64,000 nt of DNA, from assembly GCA_963727485.1 (NCBI GenBank), contig CAVSGM010000001.1, positions 640,001 to 704,000 of the forward strand, given 5' to 3'. Shown here one piece after another: positions 10,825 through 20,437 of the stretch. Under the pieces are notes generated by a model. It was not told where the DNA came from, did not search any database, and worked only from the letters and a program-made list of their open reading frames with translations. The stretch comes from an uncultured delta proteobacterium (lineage in GTDB: Bacteria > Myxococcota > Myxococcia > SLRQ01). The first letter of the stretch is position 1, and each line of letters starts with the position of its first letter. The position numbers were made by a program, and so were the translations under genes.

Positions 10825-12318
10825 ATGCCGACGCCGACCGACCTCCGCCGCGCCGACCCCCGCTTCCCCGCCTTCTTCCGCCACCGGGCCCTGGCCGGCG
10901 GCCACCTCATCACCGGCCTCGCCGGCCGGTGGGCCGTCCTCGACGACGCCGAGTGGCAGGCCTTCGTCGAGGGCCGGGTGGACCCGGCCTCGGAGACCTG
11001 GGAGACCCTGCGGCGCGGGGGCTTCATCCGGGCCGAGGTCGACGTCGACGACCTCGCGGCGCGGCTGCGCCGGAAGAAGGCGTTCCTCGGCAGCGGCCCG
11101 AACCTCCACATCGTGGTCACCACCCTGCGGTGCAACGAGACCTGCGCCTACTGCCACGCCAGCCGCGCCGACCTCGGGACCGAGGGGGTGGACCTCACCG
11201 CCGAGATCGCCGAGCAGGTGGTCGACCGGATCCTGGAGACCACCTCCCCGGACGTGACCATCGAGTTCCAGGGGGGCGAGCCCCTGGTCAACTGGCCGGT
11301 GGTGCGCCACCTGGTCGACTACGCCCTGGAGAAGAACCGGGTGGCGGGCAAGTCGCTGGAGTTCACCCTGGTCTCCAACCTCGCCGCCATGGACGAGGAG
11401 AAGCTCGCCTTCCTCCTCGAGCACAAGGTGCAGGTGTGCACCTCGGTGGACGGGCCGGCGCCGCTCCACAACAAGCAGCGGGTCCTGGCCGGGGGCGACG
11501 CCCACGCCACCGCCCTCCGGTGGATCAAGCGCCTCAACGAGGCCTACCGGGACGAGGGCCTCGATCACGAGGTCTACCACGTGGAGGCCCTGCCCACGGT
11601 CACCCGGGCGGCGCTGGCCGATCCCGAGGGCCTCATCGACACCTACCTCGACCTCGGGTGCAAGGCGATCTACCTCCGGCGCCTCGATCCCTTCGGCTTC
11701 GCGGCGAAGACCCGGGCGAAGCTTGGCTACTCGGTCGACGAGTTCCTCGAGTTCTATCGCCGCGCCCTCGACCACATCATCGAGCTCAACCTGAAGGGCA
11801 CCCGGATCCTGGAGCGCACGGCGGCGATCTTCCTCACCAAGATCCTCACCCCCGACGACCCCAACTTCCTCGACATCCGCTCGCCCTGTGGCGCCGGCAT
11901 CGGCCAGCTCGCCTACAACTACGACGGCTCGGTGTTCACCTGCGACGAGGGGCGGATGCTGCACGAGATGGGCGACGACATGTTCGTCCTCGGCCACGTG
12001 GGCACCGACCGCTACCGCGACTTCGTGGGCCACGACACGGTCAAGAGCATGATCCTGGCCTCGGACCTCGACGCCTCCCCGGACTGTGCCGACTGCGCCT
12101 ACAACCCCTACTGCGGGATCTGCCCGGTCTACAACTACGCCACCCAGGGCAGCCTCCACGGCCAGATGCGGCGCAGCGACTGGTGCGCCGGGCACATGGG
12201 GATCCAGGACCATCTCTTCGGCAAGCTCGCCGAGGGCGACCCGGCGGTCCGCGAGGTGTTCCGGCGCTGGGTCGAGGTGCGCCCCCGGGACCACTACCTG
12301 CACGAGGCGGAGAGCTGA
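10825..12318 (+). CDS. hxsB: His-Xaa-Ser system radical SAM/SPASM maturase, HxsB-like
   Basis: LHIVVTTLRCNETCAYCHAS (CxxxCxxC), IEFQGGEPL, DIRSPCGAGIGQLAYNYDGSVFTCDEGRML, C-terminal CADCAYNPYCGIC. Confidence 0.85.
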   Translation: MPTPTDLRRADPRFPAFFRHRALAGGHLITGLAGRWAVLDDAEWQAFVEGRVDPASETWETLRRGGFIRAEVDVDDLAARLRRKKAFLGSGPNLHIVVTTLRCNETCAYCHASRADLGTEGVDLTAEIAEQVVDRILETTSPDVTIEFQGGEPLVNWPVVRHLVDYALEKNRVAGKSLEFTLVSNLAAMDEEKLAFLLEHKVQVCTSVDGPAPLHNKQRVLAGGDAHATALRWIKRLNEAYRDEGLDHEVYHVEALPTVTRAALADPEGLIDTYLDLGCKAIYLRRLDPFGFAAKTRAKLGYSVDEFLEFYRRALDHIIELNLKGTRILERTAAIFLTKILTPDDPNFLDIRSPCGAGIGQLAYNYDGSVFTCDEGRMLHEMGDDMFVLGHVGTDRYRDFVGHDTVKSMILASDLDASPDCADCAYNPYCGICPVYNYATQGSLHGQMRRSDWCAGHMGIQDHLFGKLAEGDPAVREVFRRWVEVRPRDHYLHEAES

Positions 12319-12320
12319 TC

Positions 12321-13229
12321 ATGGATCGCGTGGACCTGAAGATCGGCTTCGCCTGCAACAACCGCTGCGCCTTCTGCGTGCAGGGCGACAAACGGGAGCG
12401 CGAGCCACCCCGGCCCATGGAGCAGATCCGCGCCGACCTCGAGGCCGGCCGGCAGCGCGGGGCCAGCGGCCTGGTGGTCACCGGCGGCGAGCCCACCGTC
12501 CACACCAACGTCCTCGAGGTCATCCGCCTCGCCAGGCAGCTGGGCTACACCTCGATCCAGGTCCAGACCAACGGCCGGCGCTTCCACTACGATCTCTTCG
12601 CCCGGGCGGCGGTGGAGGCCGGCGCCACCGAGTTCTCGCCCTCGCTCCATGGCTCCACCGAGCAGATCCACGACGGGCTCACCCTCTCGCCGGGGAGCTT
12701 CCAGCAGACGGTCAAGGGCATCCGGAACCTGGTGAAGATGGACCAGGTGGTCATCACCAACTCGGTGATCACCAGCACCAACTACACCGATCTCCCGGCC
12801 TTGGCCGAGCTGCTGGTGGACCTGGGGGTCAGCCAGTTCCAGCTGGCCTTCGTCCACATCCTCGGGTCGGCGGAACAGAACGCCAGCTGGCTGGTGCCCC
12901 GCAAGTGGGAGGTCATGCCCTTCGTCTACCGGGCCCTGGACATCGGCGAGGCCGCCGGCGTCCGATGCATGACCGAGGCCATCCCCTACTGCCTGATGGA
13001 GGGGTACGAGGACTTCGTCGCCGAGGACCTCATCCCCGACACCCTCATCTTCGACGCCGACCACACCATCGACGACTACGCCGCCTACCGCCGGGACGAG
13101 GGGAAGGTGAAGGGCCCCGCCTGCGCCGACTGCCGGTTCACGGATCGGTGCGAGGGGCCCTGGCGCGAGTACACCGACCTCTTTGGCTGGGACGAGTTCA
13201 AGCCCATGGGCGCGCTCAAGGAGGCGTGA
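12321..13229 (+). CDS. Radical SAM protein, HxsC-like
   Basis: CNNRCAFC, VTGGEPT, QTNGR, IPYC, C-terminal CADCRFTDRCEG; starts 2 bp after hxsB. Confidence 0.8.
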   Translation: MDRVDLKIGFACNNRCAFCVQGDKREREPPRPMEQIRADLEAGRQRGASGLVVTGGEPTVHTNVLEVIRLARQLGYTSIQVQTNGRRFHYDLFARAAVEAGATEFSPSLHGSTEQIHDGLTLSPGSFQQTVKGIRNLVKMDQVVITNSVITSTNYTDLPALAELLVDLGVSQFQLAFVHILGSAEQNASWLVPRKWEVMPFVYRALDIGEAAGVRCMTEAIPYCLMEGYEDFVAEDLIPDTLIFDADHTIDDYAAYRRDEGKVKGPACADCRFTDRCEGPWREYTDLFGWDEFKPMGALKEA

Positions 13230-13244
13230 GGCGCCCGGCCGTCG

Positions 13245-14306
13245 TCAGGCGGCGAGGCGCGGGCGGAGCCACTCGGCGATGGCCGGGTAGAGCTTCCGGG
13301 CGGCGCGGCTGCCCACCACCGCGCCCACGTGGCCGCCGGGCACGGTGATCGACTCGGTGTCCTCGCTCCCCGAGGCCTCGAGGAGGGCGGTGGCCGCGGG
13401 AACCGGGCAGATGACGTCCCGGTCGGCGGTGATGGAGAGGATGGGGCAGGTGACGTCCTTCAGGTCCACCCGCCGGCCCCGGGCGTGGTGGGTGCCAGCG
13501 ACCAGGGCGTTTCGCTGGTAGAGGTCCCCGATGTAGGTGCGGTAGGCCTCGGCGGGGAAGGGGATGTTGTCCCGGGCCCAGGTCTCCAGGGCGAGGAAGC
13601 GCTCGAGGCGCTCGGGATGGCCCACCAGGTCCGGGAGGCCCATCAGCTTGGCCAGGCCCGCGGTGGGGCGCAGGCCGGTGAACCCGCTGTCCATCTGCTG
13701 GGGGCTCACGTTGCCGGCGTCGGCGATGGCCCCGGCGTCGAACCACCGCCGGTCGACCATGCGGCCCAGGCACCCGGCGTGGGTGAAGTCGAAGGGGCCG
13801 GCGAGGTTCACGAAGGCCGCGGCGTCCCCGGGCTCGAGGGCGAGGTGGATGCCGGTGAGGGTGGCGCCCATGCAGTAGCCGAGGAGGCCCAGGCGCGGGG
13901 CGCCGGTGAGGCGCTTGGTGCGCCGCACCATCCGGGCGAGGCGCGCCAGCACCTGGTCCCAGTCGAGGTAGCGGTCCTCGTCCTCGGGGATGCCCCAGTC
14001 GAGGAGGAAGACGTCGTAGCCGGCCCGGGCGAGGTGGCCGGCGAGGGTGCCCCCCGGGCGCAGGTCGAGGACGTACCAGCGGTTGATGAGCGAGGGGACG
14101 AGGAGAAGCGGCAGCCCCGTGGGCGCCGGGGCCCCCTCGGGCCGCCGGAAGCGGTAGAGCCGGGCGGTGCCCTCCCGGTGGAGGGTGTCACGGGGCGTGG
14201 GGGCGAGGTCGGGGCGGGGGAGGGCGTCCGGGCCCAGGGCGAGATCGAGGCCGGCTTCCAGGCCGGCCTCGATCACGCGGCCCGCCCACCGGTACAGGTC
14301 GTACAT
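13245..14306 (-). CDS. phaC: Class III-type PHA synthase PhaC (copy 1)
   Basis: [21 protein letters not shown] lipase box, ADRDVIC Asp, PGGHVG His; PHA gene context. Confidence 0.8.
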   Translation of the reverse strand: MYDLYRWAGRVIEAGLEAGLDLALGPDALPRPDLAPTPRDTLHREGTARLYRFRRPEGAPAPTGLPLLLVPSLINRWYVLDLRPGGTLAGHLARAGYDVFLLDWGIPEDEDRYLDWDQVLARLARMVRRTKRLTGAPRLGLLGYCMGATLTGIHLALEPGDAAAFVNLAGPFDFTHAGCLGRMVDRRWFDAGAIADAGNVSPQQMDSGFTGLRPTAGLAKLMGLPDLVGHPERLERFLALETWARDNIPFPAEAYRTYIGDLYQRNALVAGTHHARGRRVDLKDVTCPILSITADRDVICPVPAATALLEASGSEDTESITVPGGHVGAVVGSRAARKLYPAIAEWLRPRLAA

Positions 14307-14330
14307 GCGGTGGCTCCGGGGTCGTGGGGA

Positions 14331-14633
14331 CTAGTCGCGGGTGTTGCCGGCGGCGCGGCGGGTGGCCTCGAGGGCCATCTTCCGCCACTCGTCGCCGAGG
14401 CGACCGGCGTACTCCATCGAGGCCTTCATCACCGAGGCGGCCTCGTCCACCAGGGCGCGGCCCTGCTCCAGGCCCTTGGTCTGGAGGGTGCCGAGCTCGG
14501 TGTGGAGGGACTCGAGGCGCTCGACGTAGGCCCCGGTCATCTTGTGCCAGGCGTCGAGGCCGGCGCGGGGATCGAAGGCGAAGGCGTCGAAGGGGCTCTG
14601 CTGCGACTGCGAAGGGGTGGTCTTGGGCATCAT
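14331..14633 (-). CDS. Small helical phasin-like PHA granule protein
   Basis: 100-aa amphipathic helical protein between phaR and phaC, with a PhaR-type box upstream. Confidence 0.55.
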   Translation of the reverse strand: MMPKTTPSQSQQSPFDAFAFDPRAGLDAWHKMTGAYVERLESLHTELGTLQTKGLEQGRALVDEAASVMKASMEYAGRLGDEWRKMALEATRRAAGNTRD

Positions 14634-14718
14634 CGGCTCCAGTTGGTGCGTCTGGGGGCCGATTTCACGGCCCCGGGGGTTTGCGAACGCGCCAAGAGGT
14701 AAGCGTCCTCGCCGGGGT

Positions 14719-14750
14719 CGTCAAGGGATTTTTTGTGCACCGCACAATAA
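14719..14750 (-). promoter_or_regulatory. PhaR-type operator TTGTGC-ACC-GCACAA next to a TTGACG -35 element
   Basis: Perfect 6-3-6 palindrome at 14733-14747; minus-strand TTGACG at 14724-14719. Confidence 0.7.
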
Positions 14751-14757
14751 TCCGGGC

Positions 14758-15492
14758 TCACCGCCCGGCGCCGCGCCCCTTGTTGGCCGCGCGCTTTCCC
14801 TTGGGGGACGCGGCCCGGGACGCCTTCTTCCGGGCGCGGGGCGGGCGCCCTGGTTCGGGCGCGTCGTCGTCCCCGCCGAGGCGGGCCTTGAGGGCGTCGA
14901 GCTCGGCGCGGAGCTCGGCCATCTGGTCGCGCTGGTCGCGCTGGTCGCGCGACCGTGCCGCCGCCTCCGCCTCGGGGGACGACGCCGGCGGGGGGGCCGC
15001 GGCCGGCGGCGCCGGGTCAGGCGGCGCCCCGTAGACCGGGCCCCCGTACCCCGGCGCCGTGAAGCCCCCCCCGCCGCGCTGCAACAGCATCCGCGCCAGG
15101 GAGCCGGCGAAGTCGAAGGGCATGGTGGCGAAGGGGTTGTAGTTGGAGAGGGTCTGGGCGCCCTGGCGGGCCTGGAGGTAGACGTCGAGGGCCCCGGAGA
15201 CCCAGCGCCCGGTGAACTCCGCCAGGGCCTCGTCGCCGAGCCGGATGAGCCGGGTGAGCAGGGGGACCGGGAGCATCCGCCCGGCGCCCCGGCCCTCGAG
15301 GATGATCTGGGCCAGGGTGGGCTGGGTGAGGTCGGTGCCGGTCTTGGCGTCGACCACCTCGACGTCGGCGCCGGCGCGGATCCGCGCCTCGAGCTCGTCG
15401 AGGGTGACGTAGCGGCTCTCCTCGGTGTCGTAGAGCCGGCGGTTTCCGTACTTCTTGACCAGGACCGGTCGGGCGGCGCGGCGGCGGGCCAT
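14758..15492 (-). CDS. phaR: PHA synthesis regulator PhaR
   Basis: VKKYGNRRLYDTEESRYVTL...VVDAKTGTDLTQPTLAQII signature. Confidence 0.92.
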   Translation of the reverse strand: MARRRAARPVLVKKYGNRRLYDTEESRYVTLDELEARIRAGADVEVVDAKTGTDLTQPTLAQIILEGRGAGRMLPVPLLTRLIRLGDEALAEFTGRWVSGALDVYLQARQGAQTLSNYNPFATMPFDFAGSLARMLLQRGGGGFTAPGYGGPVYGAPPDPAPPAAAPPPASSPEAEAAARSRDQRDQRDQMAELRAELDALKARLGGDDDAPEPGRPPRARKKASRAASPKGKRAANKGRGAGR

Positions 15493-15497
15493 GGGGG

Positions 15498-15517
15498 CTC
15501 CTTGTGCGGTGCGGCAA
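15498..15517 (-). promoter_or_regulatory. PhaR-type site overlapping the phaR RBS
   Basis: TTGTGCGGTGCGGCAA at 15502-15517 abuts the minus-strand AAGGAG. Confidence 0.5.
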
Positions 15518-15618
15518 AATCGTGGGTGCGCCGCGACAGGGACGGCGCCTTGGCCCGGGCATGATGGGGCGCGAACGCCCGAACTGCAAGGGTTTGCGAG
15601 GCCCCGGGGGCGGGGTCG

Positions 15619-15671
15619 TTGTTGCGGCGCAACAAAGAGCCCTTGACACCTGGGTCACGGACGCCTATCAA
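15619..15671 (+). promoter_or_regulatory. Perfect PhaR-type palindrome plus sigma70-like promoter of the rightward PHA operon
   Basis: TTGTTGCG-G-CGCAACAA at 15619-15635; TTGACA (15643)-N17-TATCAA (15666). Confidence 0.75.
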
Positions 15672-15732
15672 CCGCTACCCGAAGGGTCGCCGTGGATACC
15701 GCGGCGCAGCAAACGGCCCCGAGGAGGTGTCC

Positions 15733-16774
15733 ATGGACCCCACGCCCGCAGCCAACCGATCCCGTGACACCGTGGTGGCCGCCGGCTATGGGGGCACCAT
15801 GCCGCCCCTCCCCAGAGGCCGGGTCGTCGCCGCCCGGGCCGCCCTGACCCTCTCCCGGGTCCTCGCCGCCGTCGCCGCGGCCCTCCTCGCCGGCGGCTGC
15901 GGCGCCGGTGGGAGCGCCCCCTGCCAGGTGGACACCGACTGCCCCAGCGGCGTCTGCGGCGTCTCCGGGGTGTGCCAGCCTCCCTCCGCCACCGACGGAG
16001 GCGTGGGGGACGGCGGGGCGGTGGGCCCCCGATGGGGACGGCGGCACCGGCGGGGGCTCGGGCACCGACGGGGGCGCCGCCACCTGCGTCCCCAACCACG
16101 ACGGCACCGTCTCCCGGGACGAGGTCACCCTCGCCGCGGGCCTCTCGGCCACCTTCCGCATCGGCACCCAGGCCACCGTGGACACCGCCGGCACCTACGA
16201 CGCCGACGGCACCCGGCACTGGCGCCTCGACGGGGACCTCGCCGGGGACCACGACGTGACCGTCGCCACCCTCTCGCCGGCGGGCACCTGGTGGGCCGGC
16301 GACTTCAAGGACGCCACCTACGCCGGCCGCCTCCGGGACGGCCAGGATCTCTTCGGGGTGTTCCAGGCGACCCCCACCGCCCTGATGCTCCTGGGCGTGG
16401 TCTCCCCGAACGGCGGGGCCACCCGCACCGAGCTCACCTACCACCCGGCGGTGCAGGTCCTCCACTTCCCCCTCACCCAGGGGGCGGCCTGGCGGACCGA
16501 CAGCCAGGTCACCGGGGTCACGGGCGGCGTCGCCAGCTACTACACCGAGAGCTGGGTCGACCGGGTCGACGACTCGGGCCGCCTCGACACCCCCTACGGC
16601 ACCTTCGACGTCCTCCGGGTCCGGGTGGAGACCACCGACGACCAGGTCACCCCCACCCGGAGCTTCCTCTTCGTCTCCGAGTGCTTCGGCAACGTGGCCT
16701 CGGTCTTCTCCAACCCCGGCGAGACCGCCGCCGAGTTCACCCGCGCCGCCGAGGTCTCCCGCCTCGCCCCCTGA
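15733..16774 (+). CDS. Lipoprotein A of unknown function, frameshift near 16028
   Basis: GAGGAGG RBS; LLAGG-C lipobox; Cys-rich motif; CVPNHDGTVSRDEV; C-terminal SECFGNVA. Confidence 0.7.
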
Positions 16775-16778
16775 AGCC

Positions 16779-17702
16779 ATGCGCCGCGTCCTCGCCCTCG
16801 CCGCCCTGATGGCTACCCTCGCCGGCTGCCCCGCCTTCCACCGGGGCGTGCTCCCCGGCGCGCCGCCCCACGCCGACTACCTCGAGGTCGACGGCGTCCG
16901 GGTGCGCTACCTCGACGTGGGCCAGGGCCAGCCGGTGGTCCTCATCCACGGCTTCGCCTCCAGCCTCGACGCCTGGGCCCGGGTGATCCCGGTCCTGGTC
17001 CGGGACCACCACCGGGTGCTGGCCCTGGACCTCAAGGGCTTCGGGTGGAGCGGCCGGCCGCAGGGGAGCTACAGCCCCGAGGCCGAGGCGCGCCTGGTCC
17101 TGCGCCTCATGGACGCCCGGGGCATCGGCCGCGCCGACGTGGTCGCCCACTCCTGGGGCGGCTCGGTGGCCCTGGCCCTCGCCCTGAAGGCGCCCAAGCG
17201 CGTGCGCCGCCTCGCCCTCTACGACGCCTGGGTCTACGACGACGAGATCCCCAGCTTCTTCCGCTGGGCCCGGGCCAGGCCGCTCGGCGAGATCCTCTTC
17301 AGCCTCTTCTACAAGCAGCGCCCCGAGGACCGCCTGGCGCTGGCCTACTACGACCCCACCAAGATCCCCCAGTCCCTGGTGGACGCGGTGCGCCGGGCCC
17401 TCGACCGGCCCGGGACCGTCGCCGCCGCCCTCGCCGCGGTGCGCGATCTCGACTTCGTCCGCCTCGCCCGGCGCTACCACCGGGTGCGCCAGCCGACCCT
17501 GCTCCTCTGGGGCCGGGAGGACGTGGTGAGCCCGGTGGCCACCGGCGAGCGCCTCTCCGCGGACCTCCCCGACGCCCGCCTGGTGGTCTTCCCTCGCTGC
17601 GGCCACATGCCCATGGTCGAGGCCGCCGACCGGTCGACCCGGGCCCTGGTGCGCTTCCTCGACGCGCCCGCCGCCGCGCCCGCCGCCGGGGTCTCGCCGT
17701 GA
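16779..17702 (+). CDS. Lipoprotein alpha/beta hydrolase (esterase/lipase/depolymerase-like)
   Basis: LAG-C lipobox, LIHGFAS oxyanion region, AHSWGG nucleophile, WGRED, CGHMP. Confidence 0.88.
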   Translation: MRRVLALAALMATLAGCPAFHRGVLPGAPPHADYLEVDGVRVRYLDVGQGQPVVLIHGFASSLDAWARVIPVLVRDHHRVLALDLKGFGWSGRPQGSYSPEAEARLVLRLMDARGIGRADVVAHSWGGSVALALALKAPKRVRRLALYDAWVYDDEIPSFFRWARARPLGEILFSLFYKQRPEDRLALAYYDPTKIPQSLVDAVRRALDRPGTVAAALAAVRDLDFVRLARRYHRVRQPTLLLWGREDVVSPVATGERLSADLPDARLVVFPRCGHMPMVEAADRSTRALVRFLDAPAAAPAAGVSP

Positions 17703-19335
17703 GCGCCGCCCGCCGTCCCGCGCGCCGCCTCGCCGTCGCGCTCCTCGCCGCGCTCCTCGCCGCGGCCCTCGGCCTCGCCCCCGTCGCCGCCCGCGCCGGC
17801 GACGACGGGTTCACCGGGCTGGGCGCCGAGCTCCGGGGACACGCCTTCGCCGCCCCCAACGCCCCGGCCAAGGTCGGCCTCCACGGCTACCTCCGCCTCC
17901 GGGGCGGCCTCCTCGACAACCTCGATCTCGACCGGGGCCTCGACGCCAGCGGCCGGCCCCTCTTCCCGGTGCCCCTCACCGGCGGCCAGACCCTCTCCTT
18001 CGCCGACAGCCGCCTGCGCACCGACCTCTCGATCCTCGCCCCCGGGGGCACGGTCGCCGTCCACGCCCGCATCGACGTCCTCGACGACGTGGGCCTGGGG
18101 ACCACCCCCGACGCGCCCAGCGTCCGCGCCGCCACCCCCGCCGCGAGCGCCGGCCAGCGCCCCCTGAAGGCCCTGGCGATCAAGCGCGCCTGGGGCGAGG
18201 TGCTCACCCCCTTCGGCCTCCTGGCCGCCGGGCGCATGGGCAACGACTGGGGCCTGGGCCTCCTCGCCAACGGCGGCGACTGCGAGAGCTGCGACGGCGG
18301 CGACGCCACCGATCGCGTCGCCTTCGTCACCCCCCTCGTCGGCCACCTCTTCGCCCTGGCCTACGACTTCGACGCGGTGGGCGCCACCACCACGGACAAG
18401 CCGGGCCTCACGGTGGTCGATCTCGCCCCCACCGCCGACGTCCACACCGTGACCTTCGCGGTGATGAAGTGGAAGACCCGCCTCGCCCGGGATCGCCGCC
18501 GCCGCGCCGGCCGCGCCACCTTCGAGTACGGCGCCTGGCTCTCGCACCGCTGGCAGCACAACGACGTCCCCGCCAGCTGGATGCCCACCGCCACCCCGGT
18601 CGCGGTCACCCCCAGCGGAGTCATGGCCCGGGGCTACCAGGCCACCGCCCTCGACGGCTGGGCCCGCCTCACCGCCCCGCGCCTCGAGATCCAGGCCGAG
18701 GCGGCGGTGCTCCTGGCCTCGGTGGCCCAGCCCTCCGTCATCCCCGGGGTCCTCCTCCACACCCCCGTGACCTCCACCCAGGCGGGCGCGGCGGTGGTGA
18801 GCGCCTGGCACCCGCTCCCGGGCCTGGTGGTGGGCCTCGACGCCGGCTACGCCAGCGGCGACCCGGCCCCGGGCTTCGGCGCCTTCCCCACGCCCGGCAG
18901 CCCCGCCCCCAAGGCCGGCGCCCTCGACGGACCCCAGGCCAGCCCCCCGGGCGACACCACCGTGGACAACTTCCGCTTCCACCCGGACTTCCACGTGGAC
19001 CGGATCCTCTTCCGGGAGATCATCGGCACGGTCACCGACGCCATCTACGTGCGGCCCCACTTCACCTGGCGGCTGGTGGATCTGGGCAACGGTCACCTGG
19101 AGGTGGGCGCCGCGGTCATCGCCTCCCGGGCGATCTACGCCAGCTCCACCCCCGGGGGCGCGGTGCCGCTGGGCGTCGAGATCGACCCGACGCTCCGCTA
19201 CGCCACCGACGACGGCTTCGCCCTCACCCTGGCCCACGCGGTGCTCTTCCCCCTCGCGGGCCTCGACAACCCCGCCGCGGGCCTCAAGGCCCAGCCGGCG
19301 CAGGTGCTCCGCCTGCGGATCTCTACCGGTTCTAA
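17699..19335 (+). CDS. TIGR04551-family putative outer-membrane beta-barrel, frameshift near 19322
   Basis: Signal peptide ending AARA; IKRAWGEVLTPFGLLAAGRMGNDWGLGLLANGGDC; NFRFHPDFHVDRILFREIIGTVTDAIY; corrected C-terminus ends YRF. Confidence 0.8.
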
Positions 19336-19338
19336 TCC

Positions 19339-20147
19339 ATGCGCCTCGCCCTCGCCAGCGCCCTCGTCCTCGCCCTCGCCGCCTGCGGGGGCCAGAACCG
19401 CACGCCCTTCGGTGCGGCGGCCCCGACCGGCACCGCCGCCTGCCTCCCCAACCTCGACGGCACCATCACCGCCGCCGAGCTCCGGCCGGTGATCGGCGCC
19501 ACCCTCACCTACGACGTCTCCACCGACGTCCCGGTGGACCTCGCCGGGCGCCAGGACGGGGGCCGGACCCTCTGGGACTGGTCGGCGACCGCCGGCGGCA
19601 CGAAGGTGACCGAGGGCCCGGTGGCCCTCGCCGGCCAGTGGTACGCCGGCGCCTTCCCGACCGGCGCCTTCGTGCTGCCCGCCGGCGGCGGCCTGGTGGG
19701 CGTCTACCGCGCCGACGACACCGCGGTGTGGCTCTTGGGCACCGCCTCGGCGGACCCGAGCCCCCCGAGGGCCAGACGCGCCTCGTCTACGACGCCCCGG
19801 TGGCGGTCTACCGCTTCCCGATCACCGCCGGCGCCACCTGGACCTCCACCGCCGGGGTCACGGGCACCTTCGACGGGCTGCCCTACCGGGGCCAGGTCAC
19901 CTACGCCGCCCGGGTGCGGGACGCCGGGGAGCTGCGCCTCCCGGACGTCACCTTCACCGAGGTCCTGCCGGTGGACTTCACCGTCACCAACGCGCCCACC
20001 CCGGGGACCCCGGTGGTCCAGAGGCAGGTGAGCTTCCTCTTCGAGTGCTTCGGCGAGGTCGCCCGCGCGACCAGCCACCCCGGGGAGCAGAGCCCCGACT
20101 TCTCCAACGCGGCGAGCCTTCGCCGCCTGACCCTGGAGGCCAGATGA
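19339..20147 (+). CDS. Lipoprotein B, paralog of lipoprotein A, frameshift near 19765
   Basis: LAA-C lipobox; [31 protein letters not shown]...[11 protein letters not shown]. Confidence 0.72.
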
Positions 20148-20432
20148 TCGGATGGGACCAGTTCAAGCAGGGCTTCGACGCCTGGGAGCGCATCACCGCC
20201 GACTACCTGGAGCGCCTGCTCCAGAGCGACTCGGTGCTCCGGCCGGCGGGGAGCCTGCTCACCTTCTCCATGAAGACCAAGGCGGCCACCGACAAGGCCG
20301 CCGCCGCCTGGTGGGGGGCCATGGGCCTGTCGACCCGGCGGGACCAGGAGCGCGCCCTCCACGCCCTCAACCAGCTCGAGTCCAAGAATCCTCGACCTCG
20401 AGGAGCGCCTCGAGGATCTCGGGGAGGCTTGA
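20144..20432 (+). CDS. Small PhaE-like PHA synthase accessory subunit, frameshift near 20387
   Basis: [12 protein letters not shown]...[22 protein letters not shown](I)[10 protein letters not shown] resembles the PhaE C-terminal coiled coil. Confidence 0.6.
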
Positions 20433-20437
20433 GGGCC

